A DNA stretch of 64,000 bases from Caecitellus pseudoparvulus. Its lineage: Eukaryota > Protista > Bigyra: Bicosoecida. The stretch lies in the NCBI GenBank assembly GCA_965644315.1, contig CBFFRQ010000066.1:1-64000 (forward strand), written 5' to 3'. The notes under the pieces are model-generated. The model worked only from the letters and a program-made list of their open reading frames with translations, did not search any database and had not been told where the DNA came from. Shown here piece after piece: positions 11,569 to 22,049 of the stretch (within the stretch, counting starts at the first letter, position 1; every line of letters begins with the position of its first letter). A program made the translations under genes and the position numbers.

Positions 11569-12421
11569 ATGAGGGTGAAGCGGCTCAAACAGAGTCGCAA
11601 GATCCTGCGCCTGTACCGCATCAAGCATGGCTTCCAGGCCCCCTTCAAGGTGGGCCACGCATTGTTCCGCACATCAATTTCCGCGGCACTCCCAGCGCCA
11701 CCCCTCCACCGCCTCCGCCCTGCAGGTGCTGCTGGACGGCAACATCATCTTCCAGGCCCAACACATGGGCGTTGTCATGAAAGACGCCCTGGTCAAGCTG
11801 CTCCACACCGAGGAAGTGCAGGTGTATGTGCCAGCAAGCGTCCTGGCCGAGCTGGAAGCACTCGGCGATGTGGGCAAAGCGGCCCTCAAAGTCGCCGCCT
11901 CCCTGCCACGTCTGCCAGATGCGCCACCACCACAGGCACATGAAAGCGCGGCGGAGGCGCCCCCTGCGAAAACGACGCACGCTGCCGCAGCCCCTGCCGC
12001 CGGCATCGTGCATTTGACTCGCGACGGCAACGCAGAGCACTACATGGTCGCAACGCAAGACCAGCGGCTGCGGGCCAAGCTGCGCCGCACAGGTGTCGTG
12101 CCCACGCTGTACTTGAACCAGAACGCCCTCGTAATGGAGCCGCCCCCCACAGGCATGGCCTCTACCGAGACTGGCAGCACACCAGGGGCCGCGCCGAAAA
12201 CCGCCGCAGCTGCAGCAGCAGCAGAGGAAGCAGCTGCTGGCCAGGGGCAAGATAAGGCCATTGGTGGGCGCAAGCGGCGGGCAGCTGGGCCCAACCCCCT
12301 CAGCGTGCGCCGGGCCAAGAAGCCACGAGGGGAACCTGCAGCAAGTGCAGCAGGCTCCAAACGCACCCGCCGCCGCACCAAGCGTGCAGCCGGCTCAACT
12401 GAGGCAGGTTCGGATCAATGA
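11569..12421 (+). CDS. UTP23: UTP23 / Fcf1-family PIN-domain rRNA processing protein
   Basis: MRVKRLKQSRKIL..Y...GFQAPFK, intron 11650-11725, then VLLDGN. Also YMVATQD..LR.KLR...VP and the C-terminal GPNPLSV motif. Confidence 0.9.
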
Positions 12422-13075
12422 TATGGCAAGGGATGGGATGAGGTGAGCTTCTGCTTGGCAGGGCTGGATGAGGCCTCCAAGTGATGTGGCAGCGTGCCAT
12501 GTCCGAGCCGTGGACGGTAACGATACAGAAGGTCAACGGTTGCATGAACTTTCACTGCACCGTCTGGAATCTTGGCCTGCCCTTCTTTGTGTATCCCTTG
12601 CCGTGGAGTGTTTGCAAGAGCCGTTGTGAAGAAGCTGGTTGGAGCTGACGAGTCAAGCAGGATAATGTCTCTGGTTGAACTCAGAGCTGGTGCTGAGTCA
12701 GTCTTCGTTTGCCAATGAACTCCACGTTTGCCCTGAAGGTGTCAAAATGCAGTTTGCACTTGGGGAGACTATTCCTTGTATCTCAAAGAAGGGCTTCATT
12801 GCCATCGAGTCTTCGGTTGAACCGCTCGATGATTCCAACCAGACCAGGCCACATCAAACGGAGACTCGATCCAGGGCAGAGCTCTTAAAGCAGGTCCAAT
12901 TTGGGAATGTGAATTGGTATGTGGTGAAACGAACGCTTCTCTTGCGTGCTCTTGGTTGAGCTCCCTCGGTAACTTGACACACCAATCCTCGCGAGCAGGT
13001 GTCAGCCAAGGAGCACAGTATGACGTTAAGCTCTACAGATTCAAAGCAACAGAGATCCTGGACCCTGCTTTCACG

Positions 13076-15780
13076 TCAGATCATGCCTTCAAGCTCGGAA
13101 AACTTCCTTGCCTTCTCTCTGACCTTGCTCGGGATCCTGCGATCACCGCTCAGCGCCAGCAGCTCCCGCACCACATCCACATGCCCATTCTCGCAGGCAG
13201 CTAGAAAGCCAACCCCGGTGCTGCCCTGAGGCCCAGCACGCACACCCACTGCTCGATCACCCTCTACCGCCAGCAGCTCCCGCACCACATCCACATGCCC
13301 ATTCCCACAGGCAACTGTGAAGCCAAGCTCAAGGCTGCCCTCAAACCTTGCATGCACCCCCACTGCTCGATCACCCTCTAACGCCAGCAGCTCGCGCACA
13401 ACATCAATGTGCCCATTCTCACAGGCAGCTATGAAGCCAGCCTCATGTATGCCCCAAGGTCCAGCGTGCACATCCACAGCACGATCACCCTCTAACGCCA
13501 GCAGCTCGCGCACCACATCAATGTGCCCAAACCTGCAGGCAACTAGGAAGCCGTGCTCAGGGCTGCCCCAAGGTCCAGCATGCACGTCCACAGCTCGATC
13601 ACCCTCTAACGCCAGCAGCTCGCGCACCACATCAATGTGCCCATTCCCACAGGCAGCTATGAAGCCGGCCTCAGGGCTGCCCTCAATCCTTGCATGCACG
13701 TCCACAGCTCGATCACCCTCTAACGCCAGCAGCTCGCGCACCACATCAATGTGCCCATTCCCACAGGCAGCTATGAAGCCGGCCTCAGGGCTGCCCTCAA
13801 ACCTTGCATGCACGTCCACAGCTCGATCACCCTCTAACGCCAGCAGCTCGCGCACCACATCAATGTGCCCACTCTCGCATGCCGCTCGGAAAGCAGCCTC
13901 CGGGCCATCGTCATCCCTCGCGTGCACGTCCACAGCCTCATCACCCGTGAAACTCAACAGCAGGTGCACCTTCTCCACATCACCATCACGGCATGCTTGC
14001 ACGAACAGCTCGTTCCTTGGCGATCCTGCCGGTGCTGCTTCGAGAGTGGCAATTGCTCTCTGCTGCCAGCCAGCCATGAAACGTTCTGTTGCCGGCAGAT
14101 GCACAGCGCTCCCGCAGAAAGACTCACATGCCAGGGCATATGCAGCCGTGCAGCATGTGCTGCCACCCTCTGCCAGTGCACCAAGTGTGCTGGACAGGGC
14201 GTGCTCCCCGCCATCGGCGTGACTCTCAAACACTTGCCCAGCCGATGCTGACCCAGCCTCTGTCGTCCCGAGCACCGCATGCAACACACTTGCCACATCA
14301 GCATCAACACCAACAGCTCTACTGATGCCACCGTCCACATCCCATGCTCCACAGCATGCACTCAGCAACACTTCAACCCCACCCCCACCCACTGCCTCGG
14401 CCAACGCAGCCACACTGCCGCTCTCCACACCCACCACCACAAAGCTCCCCAAGCACAGCCTGCCCAGCTCCACACCACATGCCTCCGCCACAGCACATGC
14501 ACCCAGCACCTTCAAACACACTCGCTGCTTCATCTCCAGCCCAACATCTTGCCACGCCTCGTCATCCACAAACGCCCCCAGCGGCCACCCTCGCTCACAC
14601 TGTGCCTGCACCGCCACATCACTGCGCACACCCAGCGGCTCATCCGGCCTGGACCCGGCGCAGTTATGAGTCACCGCCAGCCCATGCGCAGCTTGGGCCA
14701 ACCGGGGCAGACCATGTGCCTTGCGAGTGGCTTCAGCACGCTTCACAGCTGCAATACTCCGGGCCAGCGCTGAGGCTCCCAAGTCTGCCGCTGCCGCCCA
14801 CTCGATGACATCACTGTCATTGGTCTCCGTGTCAGGGACGATGCTGCTCTCAGCCATGTACACACTCGCTTCCTTCCCACTCATAAAGCTCACGCCGGCA
14901 TCCAGATCGATGCCCGCTGCGGCCGTCAGCTTGCGACCACTGATTGGCCCACTGCACACCAGCAGCTTTCGCAGCTCCTCCACTGCACCCACAGCTGACT
15001 CCAAGTGCTCCGCGGCGGCGTCACTCCTCAGGTCGCCTGCTGCCTCGTCACGAAGCAAGGCCGCTTGCTCCTTCATGGAGGCCAGCGCCTCATCCACAGC
15101 GGCGTCACCAGCACCATGTGTAGGTGCAACTGCCACCCCACCCACATCCACACTGGGAGCTTCGCGGCTCTGCCACCATCGTGTCAAGTCTGCCAGCGCC
15201 CCTTCCACGTCAGCGCCGGCGCGCACACTGCCCCACGCCTCCACAATGGGACCCCACACCGCATCTCCAGCCGGTAATTCCTCCACACTCACCCCAGAGA
15301 CGGCCTGGTGCAGGCTCCCTAGTGCACAGAAGCACCGAAAGGACAAGTACTCCAGTGCAGCGCACAAACTCTTGCTCAGAAGCTGCCCCTTGAGCTGCCC
15401 AGCGCGGTCCAGAAGTGCACTCCCTGCACCCCGCAGCAGACTCTCCAGCTCCACAAGGGTCATGGCTGTGGGAGCATCACCTGCAGTGATTGCTTCGCCG
15501 CGCCCAATGGCCACAAGCCCACGCAGTGCTGGGCCATACAGTAGCTCCCTTCCAGGCTCGCACTGCAACTTGACCAGGCACGCCACAAGCACACCGGTCT
15601 TCGCATCATCCCCACCAGCTTGACCACCTACAGCAGCTCCAAACCCTGCAGCTGGTGCGTGTGCTGCCTGTGGCGTCGCGCAGTGCCGGCGGGTGGGATG
15701 CCGTCAAGACGGTTCGGAACTTGGTGGAAGTGGTGGCGACAGCCACGCCAACTGCAGCTAAGTGCCGCTCCACGCACCAT
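13076..15780 (-). CDS. Helical domain + degenerate (pseudo)kinase + ankyrin-repeat protein, about 864 aa
   Basis: 838-aa ORF, extended by a first exon whose coding part is only the ATG (15780-15778) and intron 15777-15668 (GTGCGT..CAG). The ankyrin array is clear. The kinase fold is inferred from motif register. Confidence 0.75.
13136..13940 (-). repeat. Seven coding tandem repeats of 114 bp (38-aa ankyrin units)
   Basis: Equivalent positions at 13175, 13289, 13403, 13517, 13631, 13745 and 13859 give an exact 114-nt period. Constant part GH(I/V)DVVRELLALEGDRAVDVHA. Confidence 0.97.
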
Positions 15781-16644
15781 CGCGGGTGACGACAGGGTGT
15801 CTTCACCCAAAGGCGGATGAGATTTCGTCATTTCTATCAGGAAGATTCACGGGGGGGGGGGCGTGCAGACCTGAGGCCGCGCTGGCTTGTATGAGCGCTT
15901 TAGCAATCTCACCATTGCCCATCTTGCTGCAGACAAGAAGGCCAGTAAACATATGCTCAATAGGCTCTCAAATGGTTAGTCGTGTTGGCGATACGTGCCG
16001 TTGATTTTGTTGTATGCTATCCGCTGGCTGTCTGTCTGCTTGACGTGGTACCTTCAACCGCATCCTTTGTCCGACCCAGTCTCGGCATTCAGCGGTCAAA
16101 CTCCACCTCCCGTTTGCTCTGCACAACAACTTGTGATTCGCTGTGTTTTCTATGCCTGAGTACGGGGCTTCCTATTTGGCGCTCTTGCGGTGACAGAGGT
16201 GCCGGTCCCATATATACCCAATACAATCACGTGCGACGCCCAGCCAGCTCCTCATGCCCAGCTCAAGAGCTACAGCAGAGCTCTCACACTTCGCAATTGG
16301 GCATATGCCAGGAGCACCTTCTCCCCTTGTCACGGAGTTCAGCAGGTCGGGCAGAGGATGTGGATGCCTGCGCCTGGACCCACACAGCCACCACCGCCTC
16401 CCATCCCTGGAACAGTGCCTCGCACAGCACCAAACCAAGGGGAACCCTTCTCGGCTCACTCCCAGCATGGAAAGTGCCTCTTGCTGGCACCGCGTGTGGC
16501 CCTGCTCAGCTAAGGGGGCTTCGACGAACCTCGTGCAACCCCCTCAGACACCTTTCCTCCGCACCCTCAAAAGCACACAACAGCAAAATCAATACCGACA
16601 CCATCAGCTCTCACACCTCACTCGACTCCCCCTCAGTGTCCACA

Positions 16645-18094
16645 ATGTCCATGCGCACTCGTTTCGGGGGGCAGCACCAGCCACCCGCCACGTGCAGCGA
16701 CGCTGAGAGCGTTGCTTCATCCTCCACGTCCACTGAGGCTCGCCGCAGCGTCAAGCGGCGCCGAGGAGTGAGCTATGCGAAGTCTCGCCAACGAGTGACT
16801 GATGACGAGCTGCAGCGTCTCGCTGACTGCGGCGACAAGGCAGCAGGTGAGGCCGCCTCGTGCCAGCCACCAACGCTGCCACGTGGAGCAGACACGCCGC
16901 CCTCCACCCTGCGCAGCCCGCAAGCTTCGCAACCGTGCGAGCGCCCGACAGTGTCGACAGGCCAAGGAGGCTGAAGTTGACAAGCTGAGGGAGCGCGAAG
17001 CTGCGCTGCAAGCACAGTGCGTGTTTGGGCGTGTGTTTCCGCGAAACGCCCGGAGCAGCGCTCGTCTCACGCACCCGCCCGCCTCTTCCGAGCAGGATGC
17101 AGTCCATGCAAGACATGATCAGCAAGTTGGTTCAGGAGAACATGCAGTTGAAGCAGCGCTTGGATGGCTCCGTGGCTTCGGCCGGTGCACCTACCCCAGC
17201 AGTGGGTGAAGTCCGGTTCCTTGCCTCAGCACGGCACATGCCTGGCATGCTGCGCTGTGCGCCCTTCATGGGGTGCACCGCGTAGGCAGCCAGGACGTGC
17301 GCTGTGCTGTGTCAGGTCCTGGGCTCACAGCAGCGAGGCTCCAAGACGGCCCCACCCCTCCCTCTGCCCCCACCCCCCTGTCTAGCCTGGCGTTCCAACG
17401 CAGCCCGTAGCTGTCGCAGACGTGCTTGGCGCCTCAACCCCCTCAGCACTCCACCTGACAGACACACCTTGAGGGCTTATCGCTTATTTCTTCCCCTTTG
17501 GGTGTGTCTCGACGGCGTTGAGCGCGGGGGGGCAGGCTCCTTGACCGTCTCGAGGCAGCAGCTGCGTTGGGCGCTTGTGTTGGCTTTATTGCGGGGGCAG
17601 GTGGGAGGTGGTGTGGCCACAGGCCGGCAGTTAGGGGCATCTGTGCCACCAGCTGCCTGCCTGCTTGGAGCCTCGTGCGTTTCCGAATTGCTTCGGGAGC
17701 CCCGGCCGACACCACGGTTCCATCCACGCCTTCAAAGGCCCTCACCTCCAAACCCAGCAGTGTGCAGGGTCCCACCGCCCTGCCCATGCACTGCACGGAA
17801 GACGACCACCCTGCCAAGCGGCCCCGTTTGGGCTTTGTCTTGGGGGACGACCCTGCTTCCACGGCAGGCTCCACCGCCTCTCCGACAAGCACTCTGTGTG
17901 ATGCCTCCTCAAGGTTCGACTTTGAGGCAGACGTCGTGCTGCCTGAGCCCCCCGCGCTCCTGCAGGCATCCTCTCTGGATGCCTTTGACATGGACGCGCT
18001 GTGGCCAGGATGTGCGCCCCAGAGTTTCGCGGCTCCCCCCACCGCCCCGCCATGCGCGCAGCCATTCCTCTTTACGGATGACTTCATGGCGTGA
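16645..18094 (+). CDS. bZIP transcription factor (middle exons unresolved)
   Basis: Introns 16847-16916 and 17017-17095 give RKLRNRASARQCRQAKEAEVDKLREREAALQAQMQSMQDMISKLVQENMQLKQRL (N-x7-R basic region plus zipper). An acidic C-terminal exon is assumed in ORF 17567..18094. Confidence 0.72.
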
Positions 18095-18154
18095 CGCGGC
18101 AACTGCGTGTCTTCCCTAATGCAGCGATGTGACTTGTGGCCCTGCATTCCATGC

Positions 18155-20476
18155 TCACTGCTCTCTGGCAACCCCCTGCTTCTTGGCTTTGCGCTTCATG
18201 AGCTTGTCTTTCAGCTGCTCCAGCTGCGCCAGGTGAGCGTCGGTGGAACCCGGTCGTTTCTTCTCCAACGCACGCCACAGCTTGCTGCCATGCTGTGCCC
18301 ACAACCGCTCAATGCCGTCCAGGCGTTTCGGCATGTGCTCGCGGCAGTACGCCTTCAACACGTGCACATTGACTCGCTGCAGCTCGCTGTCGCTCAGCTC
18401 CACCCTTGCGCTGAGTGGCTCGGGGTTCGTCAGGGTAGGCATGGACGTCACAGGAGCCATGTCCGGTTCAGGGCCGTGAGTGGATGAATCCGCGACGCTT
18501 CGAGACTCTTGAGGGTGTGAGTCGCTTGCCGGCGTGACCAGCGCGCGTTCACTGGCGGCTGAGACAAGGCCGGCAAGAGTTGAGCCCGCCACTCCAGTGA
18601 GCATATGCTCGTACTCCTTGGAAAAGGTGTCTCGTGGAGTTTCTTTCTCCTGCTGAGCCTCGTGACTGGTCAGGCACTGTTCGCCCGCCTCCACATCCCG
18701 TGCTTTGCCCTCGTCAACTTCGCTCAGGAGGGCGCCATCGCTCAAGTCAGGAGTGGCGCCAGGTTCGTCTGCCTCTTGAATCTGCTGAGCAGGTGCTGAG
18801 ACTTCAGCTGCACTTTGAGCTGCTTCATCGCTTGGAGCTCTTGCTCCACTCTCCGCTGCACCAAGCAGCTCCCCTTGCCACGCTTCTGCGCCACCTGCTG
18901 CGACTACTACTATTGCACCATGAATCTTGGTCGCAGCTTTCTTAATGCTGTCCATCAAACACGCCAGCTCAGCTTCTTGTTCTGGCTGGTCATCTGATTG
19001 GGGATGCTGCGCTTGCGCCAGAGGTTCATCCAGTTCGCCTTGAATGCTGTCACCTGTTGCAGCTTCGTACGCTTCCTCATCAGAGCCAGCTCTGTCATGT
19101 GCAATAGATGGGGTGGCCTTGCTCTCCTGCTCCGGCATCTCTCCCTGGACTGCCGATGCCGGCTGCTCCCCCTCGCCCAGACTTGCACCAGAGTCACTTG
19201 CCTGCTCAGCTCCATCGGCCAGCAGCGACGGGAGTTCGTGGCCGGACTCCAAGCCAGCAAGTTGCCCGGGTGCTTCTACGGGCTGAGTCTGTGGTTGCTC
19301 TGTATCGTCACGCTGTGGTGCCGCCTTTGGCGCGACGTGCTCCTGCTGCAGCATGACTTTTCGGGACGCCATCCATACCACACCGGCCAAGCAGTACGCC
19401 ACTTCCACCCCCAAGTTCACTGGCGTGGGTGTCGGGGCTGACGATACACTGGACAGTTCACTGGCGTTATCAGCATCTGCGTTCGTGCTTACCTTCGTGG
19501 TGGAAGTGGGTGGGAGTGTGGATGCCGCTGGTTGCGGCGGGCGGGATGGCTCCGCTGGCAACAGCTCCGTGCGGGAGAAGGGCTCGGGGCTGCTCCATGA
19601 CAGGCTGAACTGTTGCAAGCTTTCAAGGTCCGTGTGGCTCTGCGGAGATGAGTCAGCGGCTGGGCCAGCAGTTGGACCTGGTTCGGGAACCGGCACTGCG
19701 CTGGTGTCGGTGCCAAGGAAAGGCATGGGGCTCGTGAGGCCCGCCGCCACAGCAGCTTGCTGTTCTGCCCACCACTTGTCGAAGTGGCGCGCCTTGTGGG
19801 CATGGATCAGCTCCTCCACCTTGAGCATGGGGGACGTGTACGGCGCGTACTCGATGCTGGGCGCTGCCGAGCCGTACTGCACAGGCACACGGGTCGTGCG
19901 ACCCTTGCCGTGCCGGGCGACGCTATGAGCAGCATGTGATGATGCCTGTGAGGCTACGTTTGCGGCAGCTTCTGGGCTGACGGCCAACACAGAGGTGGGC
20001 CGTGTGCCAGAGAGGCTGCCTGAGCTCGCGAGACTTCTGCCGACTGGGGGCAGCGTCAGCGATCCGCCGAGCCTACTGCCGCCCCGACGACGCGAGTGGC
20101 CATGTATCAGGCCAGTCATTGGAGCAGGTCTGCCCTCAGGGCTCCCGTACACGCTCTGAAGGAAGTCGTCCTTGTCTGAAGGAGGCTGCTTGCGCCGCTG
20201 CTTGCGCTGGGCACGCATGAGCTGCGTGGGGGACCTCCGCTGACTTGGCGCGGTGCCTCTCCTTCCTTGAGGCGCCTTGCTTGGTCTAGATCTTCCGGGT
20301 TGAAGTCCGGGGCCGCTGTCGGGCTTTGCAGTGACAGGCTGTACGCCAGAGTCACCAGCCTTTGGCCCGCGGTGCAATGCGCGCTTGCCTGCAGGGAGTG
20401 CCTGGCTGACGACCCCCCCTCTTGGCTTTGGAAGACGAAGTTTGGTGTCTGAGCCAGCCATGCTTTGTGTCCGCAT
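18155..20476 (-). CDS. Hypothetical low-complexity protein with a small C-terminal helical domain
   Basis: 773-aa ORF, basic then acidic and likely disordered. The C-terminus LKAYCREHMPKRLDGIERLWAQHGSKLWRALEKK looks folded. AATGCA lies 7 nt after the stop. Confidence 0.6.
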   Translation of the reverse strand: MRTQSMAGSDTKLRLPKPRGGVVSQALPAGKRALHRGPKAGDSGVQPVTAKPDSGPGLQPGRSRPSKAPQGRRGTAPSQRRSPTQLMRAQRKQRRKQPPSDKDDFLQSVYGSPEGRPAPMTGLIHGHSRRRGGSRLGGSLTLPPVGRSLASSGSLSGTRPTSVLAVSPEAAANVASQASSHAAHSVARHGKGRTTRVPVQYGSAAPSIEYAPYTSPMLKVEELIHAHKARHFDKWWAEQQAAVAAGLTSPMPFLGTDTSAVPVPEPGPTAGPAADSSPQSHTDLESLQQFSLSWSSPEPFSRTELLPAEPSRPPQPAASTLPPTSTTKVSTNADADNASELSSVSSAPTPTPVNLGVEVAYCLAGVVWMASRKVMLQQEHVAPKAAPQRDDTEQPQTQPVEAPGQLAGLESGHELPSLLADGAEQASDSGASLGEGEQPASAVQGEMPEQESKATPSIAHDRAGSDEEAYEAATGDSIQGELDEPLAQAQHPQSDDQPEQEAELACLMDSIKKAATKIHGAIVVVAAGGAEAWQGELLGAAESGARAPSDEAAQSAAEVSAPAQQIQEADEPGATPDLSDGALLSEVDEGKARDVEAGEQCLTSHEAQQEKETPRDTFSKEYEHMLTGVAGSTLAGLVSAASERALVTPASDSHPQESRSVADSSTHGPEPDMAPVTSMPTLTNPEPLSARVELSDSELQRVNVHVLKAYCREHMPKRLDGIERLWAQHGSKLWRALEKKRPGSTDAHLAQLEQLKDKLMKRKAKKQGVAREQ

Positions 20477-21038
20477 CCGCTTTCCCCTTGCCTTGGTGAG
20501 CCGGCGTGCCGCGGTGCGGCAATTGACCTGCGCTTGCAGCGTCTCTTCCCTCCTTGCAGGGCAAGGCAGCGGTGGAGATGCAAAGCAAAGGCAAGGCCCA
20601 GATTGCAGCCACCCAGAGCTTTGTTCTGGAGAAGCTTTTGCTCAGGGGGTGGGTGAAACCGCGCCTCTGCCCGACTTGACCACCAGAAACGCTGTGCGCG
20701 TGCACTGCGCCGGGCAGCTGGTGCAAGTGTGGTCGCGACTCCTGCGCTGATGTCTCACAGTGGCCCTGAACTTCTAGCATCCAAACCTCCAGCATGTGGT
20801 GAGAATATTGACCGCACTTTCACGAGACTTCTGAGCGGTGGCAGCTTCTGCATCGCAGCGTGGCTTGCCAATCGCCACCTATCAGTTGGAACTCCGAAAC
20901 AAATCATGCTCCACGACCCACAAACCTACCCAGCACCCGACACGCGACTCAGCTTGTACCATCGCCACAGTCACCCCAATCTCCGAACCACACAGCCAAC
21001 TGCTGTGTCAACACAGCTCCACGTCACACCCTATCACC

Positions 21039-22004
21039 ATGGCAGCAGACGCAGCGGCAGCCGCACCCACCAATCCCGAGAACCCAGAGGATGTCGAGCA
21101 CTTGAGCATCTCCGACTTTGTCGTGGAGGACAAGAAAGGTGCGGTTGGACGCAGTGCGGGTGCATGCGGAATTTGTTGCCGCTCCGCCGAAACACCCGAC
21201 TGCACGCTGCCCATGCTCCGCGAGCAGGAAGCCCCACGAAGGTCGCTGATCTGGTGGAAGGCAAGAAGGCAGTCCTCGTTGTGAACGGTGCGTGGTCGGT
21301 GTTGGACGGTGGCGCGCGGGGCGCCGCGTAGGCTCGCCACGTCCGAAGCACAACCCACATGCTCTTGTCGCGTTGCAGTGGCGTCCAAGTGTGGCTTCAC
21401 GGGGCAGTACAAGGGGCTGCAGGAGATGTATGAGAAGTTCAAGGAGGACGGCCTGGAGATCCTGGCGTGCGTCGCCTGCCGCGTCTCCGACCACACCCCG
21501 CGCTGCTTCGCTGCAGAACTCCGCCTCCCACCGCGCTGCAGATTCCCCTGCAACCAATTCGGCAAGCAGGAGCCAGGGTCCAACGCAGAGTGCGTGCAGG
21601 GCCATGCGGCGCGCCCAAGCTGCACAGCCTGCACGTCACTGCCGCCTTGCTTCACCTTGCGCAGGATCCAGGAGTTCGCGTGTGAGCGGTTCAAGACGAC
21701 GTTCCCCATCCTCGGCAAGGTGGAGGTGAACGGCGCAGGAGCTGCACCCCTGTACAAGGTGAGCGACGCCAGCAGCAGCCTCGCACTACCCCAGCCTCTG
21801 CACCCCCTTTCGCCCCCACCCCCCTTTCCCCTGGGACAGTACCTGAAGAAGGCGAAGCAGGGCAAGGTGAGCAACGACGTGTGGTGGAACTTCGAGAAGT
21901 TCCTCGTGGTGGACGGCAAGCCCATCGAGCGGTACGTGTCCACCACCACGCCCGCCTCCATCGAGAAGGACATCGAGAAGGCCCTGGGCAAGACCAGCAA
22001 GTGA
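21039..22004 (+). CDS. Glutathione peroxidase family protein (Cys type)
   Basis: Five introns: 21139-21227, 21288-21378, 21467-21541, 21590-21664 and 21759-21839. Spliced motifs VVNVASKCGFT, ILAFPCNQFGKQEPG and WNFEKFLV. Confidence 0.95.
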
Positions 22005-22011
22005 ATGCATT
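22004..22011. terminator. Palindromic AATGCATT, candidate bidirectional poly(A) signal for GPX and AGPS
   Basis: Sits between convergent stop codons (22004 and 22050) and reads AATGCA on both strands. Confidence 0.6.
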
Positions 22012-22049
22012 GACCCCTACCCCACAATGCCTCAGAACCCGGCAGCACG

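Noticed and set aside
12675-12959. 94-aa ORF in the AT-rich gap
   Set aside because: Non-ATG start, atypical codon use and no recognisable motif.
13136-13940. CRISPR-like alternation of constant and variable blocks
   Set aside because: The period is exactly 38 codons in an open frame encoding ankyrin repeats. The variable parts are homologous to each other, there are no cas genes, and the context is eukaryotic.
16030-16240. ACGT/G-box sites upstream of the bZIP gene as autoregulation
   Set aside because: CACGTG and ACGT cores are common across the window at about the frequency expected by chance.
12430-16640. Transposon or endogenous virus carrying the ankyrin gene
   Set aside because: I found no terminal repeats, target-site duplication, transposase, integrase or capsid ORF, and the gene has a host-type intron. 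Kept only as a compositional island.
21379-21400. Selenocysteine in GPX
   Set aside because: The active-site codon is TGT (Cys), not TGA.
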